DNA from: Synechococcus sp.
GTDB lineage: Bacteria; Cyanobacteriota; Cyanobacteriia; PCC-6307; Cyanobiaceae
Direction of reading: 5' to 3'
Length of the DNA: 64,000 bases
NCBI GenBank assembly: GCA_047284725.1
Contig: JBJBEO010000001.1
Location: 192,001 to 256,000 of the forward strand
This document shows, piece by piece, positions 40,800-51,638 of this stretch. The notes beneath the pieces were generated by a model, which saw only the letters and a program-made list of their open reading frames with translations, had not been told where the DNA came from and made no database searches. Position numbers and translations under genes: made by a program. Position 1 is the first letter of the stretch, and each line of letters begins with the position of its first letter.

Positions 40800-42560
40800 A
40801 TGAAATTCTTCCAGCAACTGCTGGTCGCTCCTGCTGCACTGGGCCTGCTGGCTCCTGCAGCGGTGAACGCCAGCGACCTCAACATCGATGGTGTGTCTGA
40901 CTACGCCGGCGAGTCGTCATCCGGCAGCCTCGAGCAGGTCACCAGCATCACCCAGTTCTCCGACGTCTACCCCACCGACTGGGCGTATCAGGCTCTGAGC
41001 AACCTGATCGAGCGCTACGGCTGTGTGGCTGGCTACCCCAACGGCACCTACCGCGGCAACCGTGCGATGACCCGCTTTGAAGCGGCCGCACTGCTGAACG
41101 CCTGCCTCGACCGGATCACCGAAGTGACCGACGAGCTGAAGCGCCTGATGAAGGAGTTCGAGAAGGAACTCGCCATCCTCAAGGGCCGCGTGGACGGTCT
41201 GGAAGCCCGCGTGGGTGAGCTGGAAGCCACCCAGTTCTCCACCACCACCCGGCTGAAGGGCAAAACCACCTTCGTGCTGGGCGCCACCACCGCGGGTGGT
41301 GACAACGGCTTCCCCAGGAATGATCCCAATTTCAATAAAAAAGGCAGTCAAGGTGGGGCGAAGGCCTACAACCGCAATTTCGGTGCCTTCACCTTCAACT
41401 ATGACCAGAAACTGGCTTTTGATACCAGCTTCACAGGCAAAGACAAACTGCTGGTCCGACTTCGTGCCGGTAATTTCATCAAAGGAAAGAACGCCTTCTC
41501 TGGTTCTGGTGTGAATCTCACCGCCCTTGATGTGGCAACCGATTCCGGAGTGAGTGGCTCCAACACCGTTGCGAACAATGTGATCCTGGATCGTGTTTAC
41601 TACAGGTTCCCTGTGGGAAGCGAGTTCACAGCCTTCGTCGGTGCCGAAGGCCGCAACACTGAAGCTGTGGCGCTTTGGCCTTCGGTTTACAACAAAGGCG
41701 GTGCCAAGGTCCTTGATTGGACGGCCTTGATGGGCACCAGCGGTGTCTACAACAAGGAAACCGGTCCGCTGATTGGTGCTTACTGGAAGCAGACAGTCGA
41801 CAAGGGGGCCAACGCTTTCAGTGTGTCGGTCAACTATGTGGCGGATAGCGGTAACGGTGAAGTCTCCAACGCTCGCAATGGCGGCTTCATGACCGATAAC
41901 TCTGAAGCCAGCCTCCTGGCTCAGTTGGGTTACGGCGGCCCTCAGTGGGGTCTCGCCTTTGCCTATCGCTATGGCCAGTGCGACAGCGGCAATGGCCTGC
42001 GTCGCGGCACCGAGTTCGCCAAGAACAACACCTGGAACAACAACTGCGTTGCCGAGAACGACAACGGCGTGGAGAAGCGTTACAACAGCAGCGCCAACAG
42101 CTACGCCTTGAACGCTTACTGGCAACCCGAGGAGGCCGGTTGGATTCCTTCCATCTCCGCAGGCTGGGGAATCAACACGGTGAGTGCCGATCGTCTGGTC
42201 GAGGGCACTCCGGTTGAAACCCAGAGCTGGATGGTCGGCCTGAAGTGGGACGACGTGTTCCTCAAAGGCAACGACATGGGCTTTGCGGTTGGACAGCCCA
42301 CCTTCGCGACGAGTGTCGAACGATGCTCCAAGGCGTCGAGGAAGGCAGGCACCTGCAGCAACACCCCCTTCGACGGCAACTATGTCTTCGAGTGGTACTA
42401 CAACTTCCAGGTGACCGACAACATCGCCATCACGCCTGCAGTGTTCTATCTGTCCCGCCCCATGGGTCAGTACACCAGCAATCTGGTGAAGAACGGCAGT
42501 GGTTATGACGGTCAGTTCAATGTGTTTGGAGCGCTGGTGCAGACCACCTTCAAATTCTGA
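40800..42560 (+). CDS. som: SLH-domain outer-membrane porin 2 (Som/OprB type)
   Basis: Same architecture as porin 1 with a divergent barrel; terminal TTFKF. Confidence 0.95.
   Translation: MKFFQQLLVAPAALGLLAPAAVNASDLNIDGVSDYAGESSSGSLEQVTSITQFSDVYPTDWAYQALSNLIERYGCVAGYPNGTYRGNRAMTRFEAAALLNACLDRITEVTDELKRLMKEFEKELAILKGRVDGLEARVGELEATQFSTTTRLKGKTTFVLGATTAGGDNGFPRNDPNFNKKGSQGGAKAYNRNFGAFTFNYDQKLAFDTSFTGKDKLLVRLRAGNFIKGKNAFSGSGVNLTALDVATDSGVSGSNTVANNVILDRVYYRFPVGSEFTAFVGAEGRNTEAVALWPSVYNKGGAKVLDWTALMGTSGVYNKETGPLIGAYWKQTVDKGANAFSVSVNYVADSGNGEVSNARNGGFMTDNSEASLLAQLGYGGPQWGLAFAYRYGQCDSGNGLRRGTEFAKNNTWNNNCVAENDNGVEKRYNSSANSYALNAYWQPEEAGWIPSISAGWGINTVSADRLVEGTPVETQSWMVGLKWDDVFLKGNDMGFAVGQPTFATSVERCSKASRKAGTCSNTPFDGNYVFEWYYNFQVTDNIAITPAVFYLSRPMGQYTSNLVKNGSGYDGQFNVFGALVQTTFKF
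40821..41276 (+). repeat. Direct repeat copy B (5' part of porin 2)
   Basis: Near-identical to 38798-39238 apart from a short in-frame length difference at 40911-40931. Confidence 0.92.
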
Positions 42561-42617
42561 TCTGATTGGTGTGTAGGGCTCCCGCTGGTTGGGAGCCTTG
42601 CTGGTTGGTTGATGCCG

Positions 42618-42643
42618 AATCCGCCCACATTGGGCGGATTTTT
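42618..42643 (+). terminator. Intrinsic terminator after porin 2
   Basis: AATCCGCCCA-cat-TGGGCGGATT-TTT. Confidence 0.85.
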
Positions 42644-42737
42644 GTTTGCAAATCACTTGGTTTGGCTGCCACCGCTTCCAGGTCGTCGTGGTTCTAAGGA
42701 GCAGCATCAGGGTCTGATCATCTGATTGGATGGCGAA

Positions 42738-43706
42738 ATGGGGATTGCTTCCGACATCACGGCTTTAGTGGGACGCACTCCGATGGTGCGCCTCAATCGT
42801 CTGCCGGCTGCCTTCGGCGCCAAGGCGGAGGTGCTCGCCAAACTGGAGAGTTTCAACCCCACCGCGTCGGTGAAAGACCGCATTGCCGGTGCCATGGTGC
42901 AGGCCGCGGAGGATGAGGGCACGATCACGCCGGGTCGCACGGTTCTAGTGGAGCCCACCAGCGGCAACACCGGGATCGCTTTGGCGATGGTGGCGGCGGC
43001 TCGGGGCTACCGACTCATCCTCACCATGCCCGACACGATGAGCACGGAGCGGCGGGCGATGCTGCGGGCCTACGGCGCTGAGTTGCAGCTCACCCCCGGT
43101 TCGGAAGGGATTCAGGGGGCCATCGATCTTGCCCAGGAGTTGGTGGCGGAGATCCCCGAGGCTTACCTGCTTCAACAGTTCGTCAATGCTGCCAATCCCG
43201 CGATCCATGAACGCACCACCGCAGAGGAGCTGTGGGCCGACACCGAGGGCCGCCTGGATGTGCTCGTGGCTGGTGTGGGCACCGGTGGCACGATCACCGG
43301 TTGTGCCCGTCTGCTCAAGACGCGACATCCTGAGCTGCAGGTGGTGGCGGTGGAGCCTGCAGGCAGTGCGGTCTTGAGCGGCCAGCCTGCCGGCCCCCAT
43401 CGCATTCAGGGCATCGGAGCAGGGTTTGTGCCGCCAGTGCTGGAGCAGGGGCTGATTGATGAGGTGATTGCGGTCAGCGATGAGGACGCGATGGTGATGG
43501 GCCGGCGTCTGGCCCGTGAGGAGGGCCTGCTCTGCGGGGTCAGCAGTGGCGCTGCGATGGCAGCGGCGCTGCAGTTGTCTCAGCGTCCGGAGTTCGACGG
43601 CAAACGGATCGTGGTGATTCTCGCCAGCTTTGGCGAGCGTTATCTCTCCACACCGATGTTCAGTTCGTCAGCGTCGTTGCCGCCGCGGCTGGGTGGACAT
43701 TTATGA
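42738..43706 (+). CDS. cysK: Cysteine synthase A
   Basis: [29 protein letters not shown] and HRIQGIG. Confidence 0.95.
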   Translation: MGIASDITALVGRTPMVRLNRLPAAFGAKAEVLAKLESFNPTASVKDRIAGAMVQAAEDEGTITPGRTVLVEPTSGNTGIALAMVAAARGYRLILTMPDTMSTERRAMLRAYGAELQLTPGSEGIQGAIDLAQELVAEIPEAYLLQQFVNAANPAIHERTTAEELWADTEGRLDVLVAGVGTGGTITGCARLLKTRHPELQVVAVEPAGSAVLSGQPAGPHRIQGIGAGFVPPVLEQGLIDEVIAVSDEDAMVMGRRLAREEGLLCGVSSGAAMAAALQLSQRPEFDGKRIVVILASFGERYLSTPMFSSSASLPPRLGGHL

Positions 43707-44419
43707 GTGCATCGGGCGCCCTGGAGGGCCAAGACCGCGACCCCTATGCGGTGTTGGGGGTGTCGCTTCAGGCCAGTCAGGCTGAAATCAAGGCGGCCTA
43801 TCGCCGCTTGGTGAAGCAGCATCACCCGGATGCCGGTGGCGATGATCGGCGCATTCTTGTGCTCAATGCCGCCTGGGAAGTGCTTGGCGACACGGAACGC
43901 CGCCATCATTACGACAGCGTCCATGGCATGGCGGTGGCAGAGGCCCGCCGCCGGGGTGCGCGCAACGCCAGGGCCAGCCGAGCCGCCAGTGCGGCCAGTG
44001 GTCAGGGGGCCGCAGCGGACGATGCGTTGGTGCAGTGGCTGCAAACCGTCTATGCCCCGGTGGATCGTTGGCTCGGTCAGGTGATCAATCCTTTTCCGGC
44101 GGAGTACCGGGCGCTGTCGGCTGATCCCTACGACGATGCCTTGATGGAGGCGTTCTGTGCGTATCTCGAGGTCAGCCAGAAGAAACTGGAGAAGGTGAAG
44201 AGCCTCTATCAGTCGGTACCGGTGCCGGAGTCCGCCAGGGGGTTTGGCCTCAGCCTCTACCACTGCCTCTCCGAGGTGGAGGATGCGATCACTGAGCTGG
44301 AGCGCTACACGATGGGCTACGTGGACAGCTATCTCCACGACGGTCGTGAAATGCTGCGCGAAGCCAAACAGCGGCGGCAGCGTCTTCAGCAGGAACGCCG
44401 GCGTCTGGAGATTGGCTGA
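43703..44419 (+). CDS. J-domain (DnaJ class C) protein
   Basis: [28 protein letters not shown]; helical C-terminal domain. Confidence 0.88.
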   Translation: MSASGALEGQDRDPYAVLGVSLQASQAEIKAAYRRLVKQHHPDAGGDDRRILVLNAAWEVLGDTERRHHYDSVHGMAVAEARRRGARNARASRAASAASGQGAAADDALVQWLQTVYAPVDRWLGQVINPFPAEYRALSADPYDDALMEAFCAYLEVSQKKLEKVKSLYQSVPVPESARGFGLSLYHCLSEVEDAITELERYTMGYVDSYLHDGREMLREAKQRRQRLQQERRRLEIG

Positions 44420-46515
44420 TGGCCGCCTGGGTGTTCCGGTTGCTGCTGCTGCTGCTTTGGCTGTTGGCCACCTTGGTGGACCGCCTCTGGTGGCATCACA
44501 GCAACAGCATTCCCGCCTGGGATCAGGCCGACTACCTCAACAGTGCCCTTGATCACGGTCGGGCCCTGGGCCTCCTGCCAGGCGGTGGCTGGCAAGGCTG
44601 GGATGCCTTGCTGGATTTGTCGCCCAAGATTCCTCCGTTGGCGTCCCTGGTGAACGGCACGGTGATGGCGCTGGCCGGTGATGCGCCGGCGCAGGCTGCC
44701 TGGAGCCTCAGCCTCTGGCACGGCCTGTTGTTGTTGGTGGTGGCGGCGTGGGCGCTGGATTTGCGTCGCCCATTATCTGGAGCGCGGGGGTTTGCACTGT
44801 TGGCTGCAGCCCTGGTGACGCTGACACCCGCTCTGCTGGATCTTCGCGCTGACTACGTTCTTGAGATGCCGCTGACGGCGATGGTGACGTTGGCTCTTTG
44901 GCGGCTGAGTCGCTGGTGGCATCCCATCAGCGGTGGTCGCTGGCTGCAGGCGCTGACGGCGGCCATGGCCTGCTTGCTGGCGCTTCTGGTGAAACAGAGT
45001 GCCCTCCTGGTGCTGATGCCGCTGCTGGTGGTGTTGATCCACCAGGCCCTGGGGCAGGGTCAGGGGCGTCGCCTGCAGCTGCTGGTGGGCACGGGCCTGA
45101 TGGCAGCGGGCTTGTGGCCGTGGTTGCACCACAACTGGATCACCACCCTCGGTGGCACCAATCGAGCGGTGCTCGAGTCGGCTGCCCGCGAGGGTGATCC
45201 AGGGCCCTTCAGCCTCCAGGGTTGGCTCTGGTATCCACGTCTGCTGCCTGAGCAGGTGGGTGGTGTGGTGTTGGTGGTGGGTCTGGCCGGTGTGGTGCTC
45301 TGGGGCTGGCAGCGGCAACGGCAGGGCAAGGCGGCAGCAGAGTCTCCAACCAGTGGGGATGATCCCCTCGCCTGGCGTTGGCTGCTGATCAGCCTGGTGG
45401 CTGGATTTGTCGTCACGAACCTCAGTCCGAACAAGGACGACCGCTACATCGCCCCGTTGCTGCCGCCATTGCTGCTGCTCTTGGCGCGGGGGTGGTGGCA
45501 GTGGGGCCTTTGGCTTCAGCAACACTGGCCCCGCCGCAGCCGCTGGTTGGCGCCGGGGCTGTTGCTGCTTGGCCTTGGTGCCGGAGCCCAGGCCGGCGCC
45601 GTTGCCCAGTTCGAACGTCTGGCCGATCGTCGCGTGGGCCCTCTGGATCAGATCGTGCGCCGGGCCGGAGGGGCCGTTCCGGATGGTGAGCGCAGCACGG
45701 TGATCGTGGTGCCCAGCACAGCCGATCTCAATCAGCACAACGTCAGTTACTACGGCCGTCGCAATGGTGGCCAGGTCGTGGGCCGCCAGTTGGGCGGTAG
45801 CCGCCTTGATCGCGATCCGGTGCTGGCCCAGGCCCAGTGGGTGGTGCTGGCGGAGGGGGATCAGGGATCGGTGCGCAAGGCTGCCCGCAAGTTGGATCAG
45901 GCCGTGCGCAGCAGCGGTGTGTTTGAGGAGGTGGAACGTTTCCCAAGACCGGGGGGAGGCAGTTATTCGCTATGGCGTCGCCGGGCCGAAGCCCCCGCCG
46001 CCGTTGGGTTCGAGAGCCGTTTCCCCCGCTTTGCTTCAGGCCTGGCGGCAGGGCCGCAGGGCTTGGATCCCCTGTTCGCAGCCGTGGCGACCGAGCATAT
46101 GCTCGACGGCCATTTCCTCTACCGACAGGGGGCACGTCGACAGGCACTGCAACGCCTCGCCGCCAATCCTGATGATCTTCAGGCCCGCTGGACCCTCGCA
46201 CTGTTGGCGGTGCTGGCCAATCGCCCCGTTGACGCTGCCACGCACTTTGAGGTGTTGGAGCAGGCGCAGCCTGCGAATCCGTGGCCCAGTGCGTACCGCG
46301 CCGTGGTGACCCTGGCCGATTGGAACCCTTGGCGTGCAGCCGCGATCACGGCTGCCGCCCGTGAGCGGCACCCCGATCAACCGATCCTGATCGCCCTGGA
46401 TGATCTCAGCGCCGTGATGGCCGGAGCGCTCTGGCGTCTCCCGGGGCTGGTGCAGTCGCTTCCGAAGGCGGTGCTGCAGGTGGAGGCCGATCTTCAGGCG
46501 AAGCCTTCCAGCTGA
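44419..46515 (+). CDS. Polytopic GT-C (ArnT/PMT-like) glycosyltransferase with soluble, TPR-like C-terminus
   Basis: [22 protein letters not shown] and NKDDRYIAP; many TM segments. Confidence 0.75.
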   Translation: MAAWVFRLLLLLLWLLATLVDRLWWHHSNSIPAWDQADYLNSALDHGRALGLLPGGGWQGWDALLDLSPKIPPLASLVNGTVMALAGDAPAQAAWSLSLWHGLLLLVVAAWALDLRRPLSGARGFALLAAALVTLTPALLDLRADYVLEMPLTAMVTLALWRLSRWWHPISGGRWLQALTAAMACLLALLVKQSALLVLMPLLVVLIHQALGQGQGRRLQLLVGTGLMAAGLWPWLHHNWITTLGGTNRAVLESAAREGDPGPFSLQGWLWYPRLLPEQVGGVVLVVGLAGVVLWGWQRQRQGKAAAESPTSGDDPLAWRWLLISLVAGFVVTNLSPNKDDRYIAPLLPPLLLLLARGWWQWGLWLQQHWPRRSRWLAPGLLLLGLGAGAQAGAVAQFERLADRRVGPLDQIVRRAGGAVPDGERSTVIVVPSTADLNQHNVSYYGRRNGGQVVGRQLGGSRLDRDPVLAQAQWVVLAEGDQGSVRKAARKLDQAVRSSGVFEEVERFPRPGGGSYSLWRRRAEAPAAVGFESRFPRFASGLAAGPQGLDPLFAAVATEHMLDGHFLYRQGARRQALQRLAANPDDLQARWTLALLAVLANRPVDAATHFEVLEQAQPANPWPSAYRAVVTLADWNPWRAAAITAAARERHPDQPILIALDDLSAVMAGALWRLPGLVQSLPKAVLQVEADLQAKPSS

Positions 46516-46748
46516 GCCAGCTTCAGCCACACATCAGGCACGGGGCGCCGCCAGCGCACCTGGGCGAAGTCGCCTTTCACCACCAGGATTTCACCGGGGC
46601 CCTCGAAGATGTACTCCGGGGGGGTGGGGTCACTGGCTCCAGCCTCAACGCTGCCGGCATAAGCCTGACGCTTGACCCGCACCAAGGCGCCTTTCTTGAG
46701 GGCGGTGGGCTTGGCCTTGGCAGGCGCCGCAGTGTCGGTATCGGCCAT
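46494..46748 (-). CDS. ndhO: NDH-1 subunit O
   Basis: [35 protein letters not shown] at 46748. Confidence 0.92.
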   Translation of the reverse strand: MADTDTAAPAKAKPTALKKGALVRVKRQAYAGSVEAGASDPTPPEYIFEGPGEILVVKGDFAQVRWRRPVPDVWLKLAQLEGFA

Positions 46749-46838
46749 CAAGACGGGAGGTGCTGACGGCCAGGCTAGAACCTGCCGCCGGTGGAGCAGC
46801 ATGGTTCGTAGCCTCGGACCCTGAAGACAAGGGATCCC

Positions 46839-47771
46839 ATGCGTCTGCTGCTGCTTGGTTGCACCGGTCTGGTGGGGCGTGAACTGGTGCCAACATTGTT
46901 GGCCGCAGGTCATCAGCTCACGCTGGTGAGCCGTCGGCCCCAGGCGTCGCTGGCGTGGGCACGTTCGTTACGGGTGGATTGGCTGCAGCAGGATCCCGCC
47001 TCCGACTCCAGCTGGCAGAACGGCGGTGCCTTGCATCAGGCTCTGGCCTCCGCGGATGGGGTGGTGAATCTGGCTGGTGAGCCGATCGCTGAACAACGCT
47101 GGACGGCGGCCCATTTGCAGTTGCTGCACGACAGCCGCATCGCCACCACCCAACACCTCGCGTCAGCGATGCAGGCCCTCGATCAGCCCCCTTCCGTTCT
47201 GGTGAACGCCTCTGCCGTCGGCTTCTACGGCACAAGCGACGAAGCCACCTTCGTGGAATCCAGCCCAGCAGGCAATGACGTGCTCGGCAGACTCTGCTCC
47301 GGGTGGGAGGCTGCTGCGTCAGTCCGTCCTGAGGGCACCCGGTTGGTAGTGGTGCGCATCGGCATCGTGCTCGCCGCCGATGGCGGTGCCCTTGGCAAAA
47401 TGCTGCCGGTGTTCCGCGCTGGTTTTGGTGGACCGATTGGTTCAGGTCGCCAATGGATGAGCTGGATTCACCGCAGCGATCTGTGTGCCTTGATCCTCCA
47501 GGCTCTCACCGACACCGCCATGGACGGGGTGGTGAATGGTGTGGCTCCTGAGCCTGTGAGCATGGCTAGCTTTGCCTCAGCTCTGGGCAGCTGCCTTGGA
47601 CGCCCCAGCCTGCTGCCGGTGCCAGGCCCGGTCTTGCATCTGCTCCTGGGGGATGGTGCCCGGGTGGTGCTCGATGGTCAGCAGGTGCGCTCGGAGCGCT
47701 TATCCCAGTTTGGCTTCAGGTTTCGCTACCCCCACCTGCCTGAAGCCCTCGCCGCTGCCACCACGACGTGA
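46839..47771 (+). CDS. TIGR01777-family NAD-dependent epimerase (YfcH-like)
   Basis: GCTGLVG, VNLAGEPI..RW, SAVGFYG and GRQWMSWIH. Confidence 0.9.
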   Translation: MRLLLLGCTGLVGRELVPTLLAAGHQLTLVSRRPQASLAWARSLRVDWLQQDPASDSSWQNGGALHQALASADGVVNLAGEPIAEQRWTAAHLQLLHDSRIATTQHLASAMQALDQPPSVLVNASAVGFYGTSDEATFVESSPAGNDVLGRLCSGWEAAASVRPEGTRLVVVRIGIVLAADGGALGKMLPVFRAGFGGPIGSGRQWMSWIHRSDLCALILQALTDTAMDGVVNGVAPEPVSMASFASALGSCLGRPSLLPVPGPVLHLLLGDGARVVLDGQQVRSERLSQFGFRFRYPHLPEALAAATTT

Positions 47772-47991
47772 TCCCGCTCACCAGGGCTGACGCGATCAAC
47801 AGGCCGATGGCTGGTGTGAACAGAGGATCCCACAGCTGCTGAAACAGCCGCAGCGGTGCTTTCACACCCTGGCTGCTGGCCACGATGGCGGCGCCAAACC
47901 AGCCTGCGCCGGCCAGCACCAGAAAGACATCCAGCACCAGCAGGCGGTCGAGCCAGAGTTTCCAGAGGGGTTGCTTGGCTGGGGCACTCAT
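47716..47991 (-). CDS. Small two-TM hypothetical protein
   Basis: Two hydrophobic helices, LWDPLFTPAIG; ATGA overlap with the upstream gene. Confidence 0.72.
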   Translation of the reverse strand: MSAPAKQPLWKLWLDRLLVLDVFLVLAGAGWFGAAIVASSQGVKAPLRLFQQLWDPLFTPAIGLLIASALVSGITSWWQRRGLQAGGGSET

Positions 47992-49217
47992 GGTGATTGC
48001 GGGGCGGCGGTTGGCTTGGTGGTCAGCAGGTGGGTGATGGCGGTCGCCATGGATTCAGCTCCTCCTGTGCGGCCCAGTCGTTCCTCTGCCTGTTGGCGGC
48101 AGAGCTGTTCAAGTTGCTGATCATGAACGCTGCGCTCCAGCAGGTCCAGTGCCAGCTGGACGGTGGCCAGCACCGTGGCGTCCTCCCCGCTGTCACCGTC
48201 CGCGCAGAACACCGTGGGCCCCAGCAGCCGCCGCTGCGCTTCCGCGAAGCTGGCTGTGAATTGCGGTCCCGCTCCAGCCATCTGCAAGACGGGTTTGGCG
48301 AGGCCGACAGCCTGTTCCGTGGCTGTGCCGGCCATCGCCAGCACCAGGTTGGCGTTTTGCACCACCGACGGAAAGGCCCCCCGGTGCACCAGCACCTGAC
48401 GGGGGCCCTTGACAAGCCGCTTGGCGTCTGCGGATGAGGGGCTGGCTGGGTGTAACTCCCAGCCCAACGTTGCCACCAGTGCACCCAGGCTCTGATCGCT
48501 GAGGGCGCGGATCAAGGCCAGGTCGACCGCCAGCTCTCCTTTGCTGAACAGGGGAGCTGGCAGGTCCTGAATCACGCGCAGCAGCAGCAGCAGGTTGTGT
48601 TCGAGTTCAGGCCGGCGGCTGCCGGGCAGGAGGGCCAGGCGCCGTCGTCCCGGCAGGGGTGGGGCCTCTGTCAGCACTGGATCCATGAAGGGGTTGCCGA
48701 CAAATCGCACCGGCCGACCCAGTTGCTCACTGAGGTCTTCCGCCGTGAGCAGGTCTCGGCTGAAGACGGCATGGAACCGTTCACTGGCCAAACAAGCGCC
48801 GCAGGGCCAGGGCAGATTGAGCCGACCTTCGTAATGGCTGGAGTAGGCCACCAGGTAGGTGGCCGCTGGCCGTCCGCAGAGCCAGGCGGCCATCACCGGA
48901 ATGACATCGCCGATCACCACCACGAGGTCGTAGCGACGACGAATCCGCAGCAGCCTCAGCAGGGCCTGCAGCAGATGCAGCACCTGGCCCTGGATCAGTT
49001 CCGTCAGTCGTCCACGCAGGCTTGTGTAACCCAGGCCGCCGGTGCTGAATTCACGCGTGCTCACGACCACGGGAATCTGGCCATCCCTGTAGGGCTGACC
49101 GCGGCCGACAAGAGGCAGGGCATCCACCTGATGGCCTCGCTTCAGGAGTGCCTGGCCCAGCAGTGCTCCGGAGAGGTCTTCTCCATGGCCGTTGCTCAGC
49201 AGCAGCAGCCTGGCCAC
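47988..49217 (-). CDS. Lipid-A-disaccharide synthase-related GT-B protein
   Basis: SNGHGED, VGNPFMD, LLPGSR and MAGTATEQ. Confidence 0.82.
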   Translation of the reverse strand: MARLLLLSNGHGEDLSGALLGQALLKRGHQVDALPLVGRGQPYRDGQIPVVVSTREFSTGGLGYTSLRGRLTELIQGQVLHLLQALLRLLRIRRRYDLVVVIGDVIPVMAAWLCGRPAATYLVAYSSHYEGRLNLPWPCGACLASERFHAVFSRDLLTAEDLSEQLGRPVRFVGNPFMDPVLTEAPPLPGRRRLALLPGSRRPELEHNLLLLLRVIQDLPAPLFSKGELAVDLALIRALSDQSLGALVATLGWELHPASPSSADAKRLVKGPRQVLVHRGAFPSVVQNANLVLAMAGTATEQAVGLAKPVLQMAGAGPQFTASFAEAQRRLLGPTVFCADGDSGEDATVLATVQLALDLLERSVHDQQLEQLCRQQAEERLGRTGGAESMATAITHLLTTKPTAAPQSP

Positions 49218-49218
49218 C

Positions 49219-49641
49219 TCAGAGCTCCAGCCAGGTCTTCAGTTTGGTGAGAGCTGGCCAGCCGGGCTTGCGGTTGAGGCCATCCGCGATCGATGCCTTC
49301 AGTTCATCGCCCACGTCCGGTGCCAGAGCGAGCACTTGCTGCACCACTTGCACCTGATCACGCACGCCTTTGGCATGGGTTTCCAGCATGGCCAGGCTGA
49401 GGTTGATCCGGGCCTGGGGATCCTGGCCATTGAGCTTCACCGCCAGCCGGGCGGAGCGCAGGGCTTCCTCCGGTTGATCGCAGAGCAACTGCAGCCAGGC
49501 CAGGCAGGTCCAACCGGCCGATTGCCGGGGTGCGGCATTGGTGATGGCGACAAAGTCTTCAAGCACCTCGCTGGCGTCAGCACCGTTTTGGTAGCGGTCC
49601 ATCGCCTGCTCGAACAGACTTTCCTCGTGCGCTTCGGTCAC
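49219..49641 (-). CDS. Small TPR-like protein
   Basis: AGWTCLAWLQLL..AVKLN..DPQARINL; GTG start at 49641 inferred. Confidence 0.78.
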   Translation of the reverse strand: MTEAHEESLFEQAMDRYQNGADASEVLEDFVAITNAAPRQSAGWTCLAWLQLLCDQPEEALRSARLAVKLNGQDPQARINLSLAMLETHAKGVRDQVQVVQQVLALAPDVGDELKASIADGLNRKPGWPALTKLKTWLEL

Positions 49642-49687
49642 CGTTCCGCTTGGGATTGCAGTGCTTTCAGGTTCCCATGCAGCCGGC

Positions 49688-50065
49688 TCAAACGGCGAAG
49701 GAGCTGCCGCAGCCACAGGTCTGGCTGGCGTTGGGGTTGGTGAAGTTGAACCCGCCACCGATCAGGGCCGTACTGAAATCGAGCTGCATGCCATAGATGT
49801 AGAGCAGACTCTTGGGATCACACACCACCTGGAAGCCGGCACCGTCAGGGGCTGTGTAGTCGTAGACCTCGTCGCCTTCCTGGATGTCGGAGCTGGGAAC
49901 GAAATCCATGGTGTAGCTCATGCCGCTGCAGCCTCCGGAGCGGACACCAACCCTCAGCATCTGGTTGTCGCCTTGCTCGCCACAGAGCTTGGCCAGTTGT
50001 TGCATCGCCGGATCGGTGATCTGAATGCCTTTGCCGTCCTTGGCGGTGTGGGCGATGGCGGTCAT
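49688..50065 (-). CDS. A-type Fe-S carrier (IscA/SufA family)
   Basis: GGCSGMSY and [12 protein letters not shown]. Confidence 0.94.
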   Translation of the reverse strand: MTAIAHTAKDGKGIQITDPAMQQLAKLCGEQGDNQMLRVGVRSGGCSGMSYTMDFVPSSDIQEGDEVYDYTAPDGAGFQVVCDPKSLLYIYGMQLDFSTALIGGGFNFTNPNASQTCGCGSSFAV

Positions 50066-50148
50066 GGCGTGGGATTAATCCGGTCTCCTCACTGTATGGA
50101 GGCCCGTTGTTGGCTGCCGCATTCATAGAGTCATGCCGTTGTTGGCGG

Positions 50149-51630
50149 ATGCAGCTGGTGCGGGTCGCGATCGTTGGTTCGGGTCTGGCAGGGCTGTCAG
50201 CGGCTGTGGATCTGGTGGACGCTGGCCATCAGGTCGATCTTTACGAAGCCCGCCCCTTCATGGGCGGCAAGGTGGGCAGCTGGGAAGACGACGACGGCAA
50301 TCACATCGAGATGGGATTGCATGTGTTCTTTTTCAATTACGCCAATCTCTTTGCATTGATGCGCAAAGTGGGCGCGATTGACAATCTTCTGCCCAAGGAT
50401 CACACCCATCTGTTCTGCAACCGCGGTGGTGATCTCCGCGAACTGGACTTCCGTTTTGCCCTCGGGGCTCCTTTCAACGGCCTGAAGGCGTTCTTCACGA
50501 CGCCGCAGCTCACCTGGATCGACAAGCTCCGCAATGCCCTGGCCTTGGGCACCAGTCCGATCGTGCGCGGCCTCGTGGATTACGAGGGTGCGATGCGCAC
50601 GATCCGTGCCCTTGATTCCGTCAGCTTTCAAGACTGGTTCGTGGGTCATGGCGGGAGCATGGAGAGCATCCGCCGCATGTGGAATCCGATTGCCTATGCC
50701 CTTGGCTTCATCGATTGCGAGGCGATTTCGGCCCGCTGCATGCTCACCATTTTCATGATGTTCGCGGCCAAGACCGAAGCCTCCAAGCTCAACCTGCTCA
50801 AAGGCTCTCCGCACCGCTGGCTCACCGGCCCGATTCTTGACTACATCCAGGCTCGCGGCGCCACGTTGCACCTGCGTCATCGGGTCAAACAGGTGCATTG
50901 CACCGAAGGGGATGCTCCCCAGGTCACAGGCCTCACCCTCGGGACCCCTGAGGGCGAAATGAAGGTGCACGCCGATGCCTACCTGGCCGCCTGTGATGTG
51001 CCTGGCATCCAGCGCCTGCTGCCTGCGGAATGGCGACGCTTCCCCCTGTTTGAGGCCATTCACCATCTTGAGGCGGTTCCCGTCGCCACCGTGCAGCTGC
51101 GCTACGACGGATGGGTCACGGAACTGGGGGATGGGGCCAGAGAGGAGCAGCGCCGTCGTGACCTCTCCACGCCCGCTGGGTTGAACAACCTGCTTTACAC
51201 CGCAGATGCTGATTTCAGCTGCTTCGCTGACTTGGCTCTGGCCAGCCCCGAGGATTACCGCAAGCCTGGCGTGGGCTCCCTGTTGCAGTGTGTGCTCACC
51301 CCTGGTGATCCCTGGATTCCCAGATCGGTGGAGGAGATCGTCGCCCACACCGACGCCCAGGTGCGTGAGTTGTTCCCCTCAGCCAAGGGGTTGTCGCTCG
51401 TGTGGAGCAACGTGGTGAAGCTGGCTCAGTCTCTCTATCGGGAAGCTCCTGGGATGGAGCCGTATCGCCCCGACCAGCGCACCCCGGTGGAGAACTTCTA
51501 CCTGGCAGGCAGCTACACACGCCAGGACTACATCGATTCCATGGAGGGGGCCACCATGAGCGGTCATCTGGCTGCAGCTGCCATCCTGGGGCGGTCGGCC
51601 CAGCTGGCCACCAATGCCGCTGTTGCCTGA
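50149..51630 (+). CDS. crtQ: Zeta-carotene desaturase
   Basis: [18 protein letters not shown] and [10 protein letters not shown]; start 50149 or 50158. Confidence 0.96.
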   Translation: MQLVRVAIVGSGLAGLSAAVDLVDAGHQVDLYEARPFMGGKVGSWEDDDGNHIEMGLHVFFFNYANLFALMRKVGAIDNLLPKDHTHLFCNRGGDLRELDFRFALGAPFNGLKAFFTTPQLTWIDKLRNALALGTSPIVRGLVDYEGAMRTIRALDSVSFQDWFVGHGGSMESIRRMWNPIAYALGFIDCEAISARCMLTIFMMFAAKTEASKLNLLKGSPHRWLTGPILDYIQARGATLHLRHRVKQVHCTEGDAPQVTGLTLGTPEGEMKVHADAYLAACDVPGIQRLLPAEWRRFPLFEAIHHLEAVPVATVQLRYDGWVTELGDGAREEQRRRDLSTPAGLNNLLYTADADFSCFADLALASPEDYRKPGVGSLLQCVLTPGDPWIPRSVEEIVAHTDAQVRELFPSAKGLSLVWSNVVKLAQSLYREAPGMEPYRPDQRTPVENFYLAGSYTRQDYIDSMEGATMSGHLAAAAILGRSAQLATNAAVA

Positions 51631-51638
51631 GGATATCG

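Noticed and set aside
40917..42707. 596-aa minus-strand ORF opposite porin 2
   Set aside because: Antisense shadow of a codon-biased gene; no recognisable motifs
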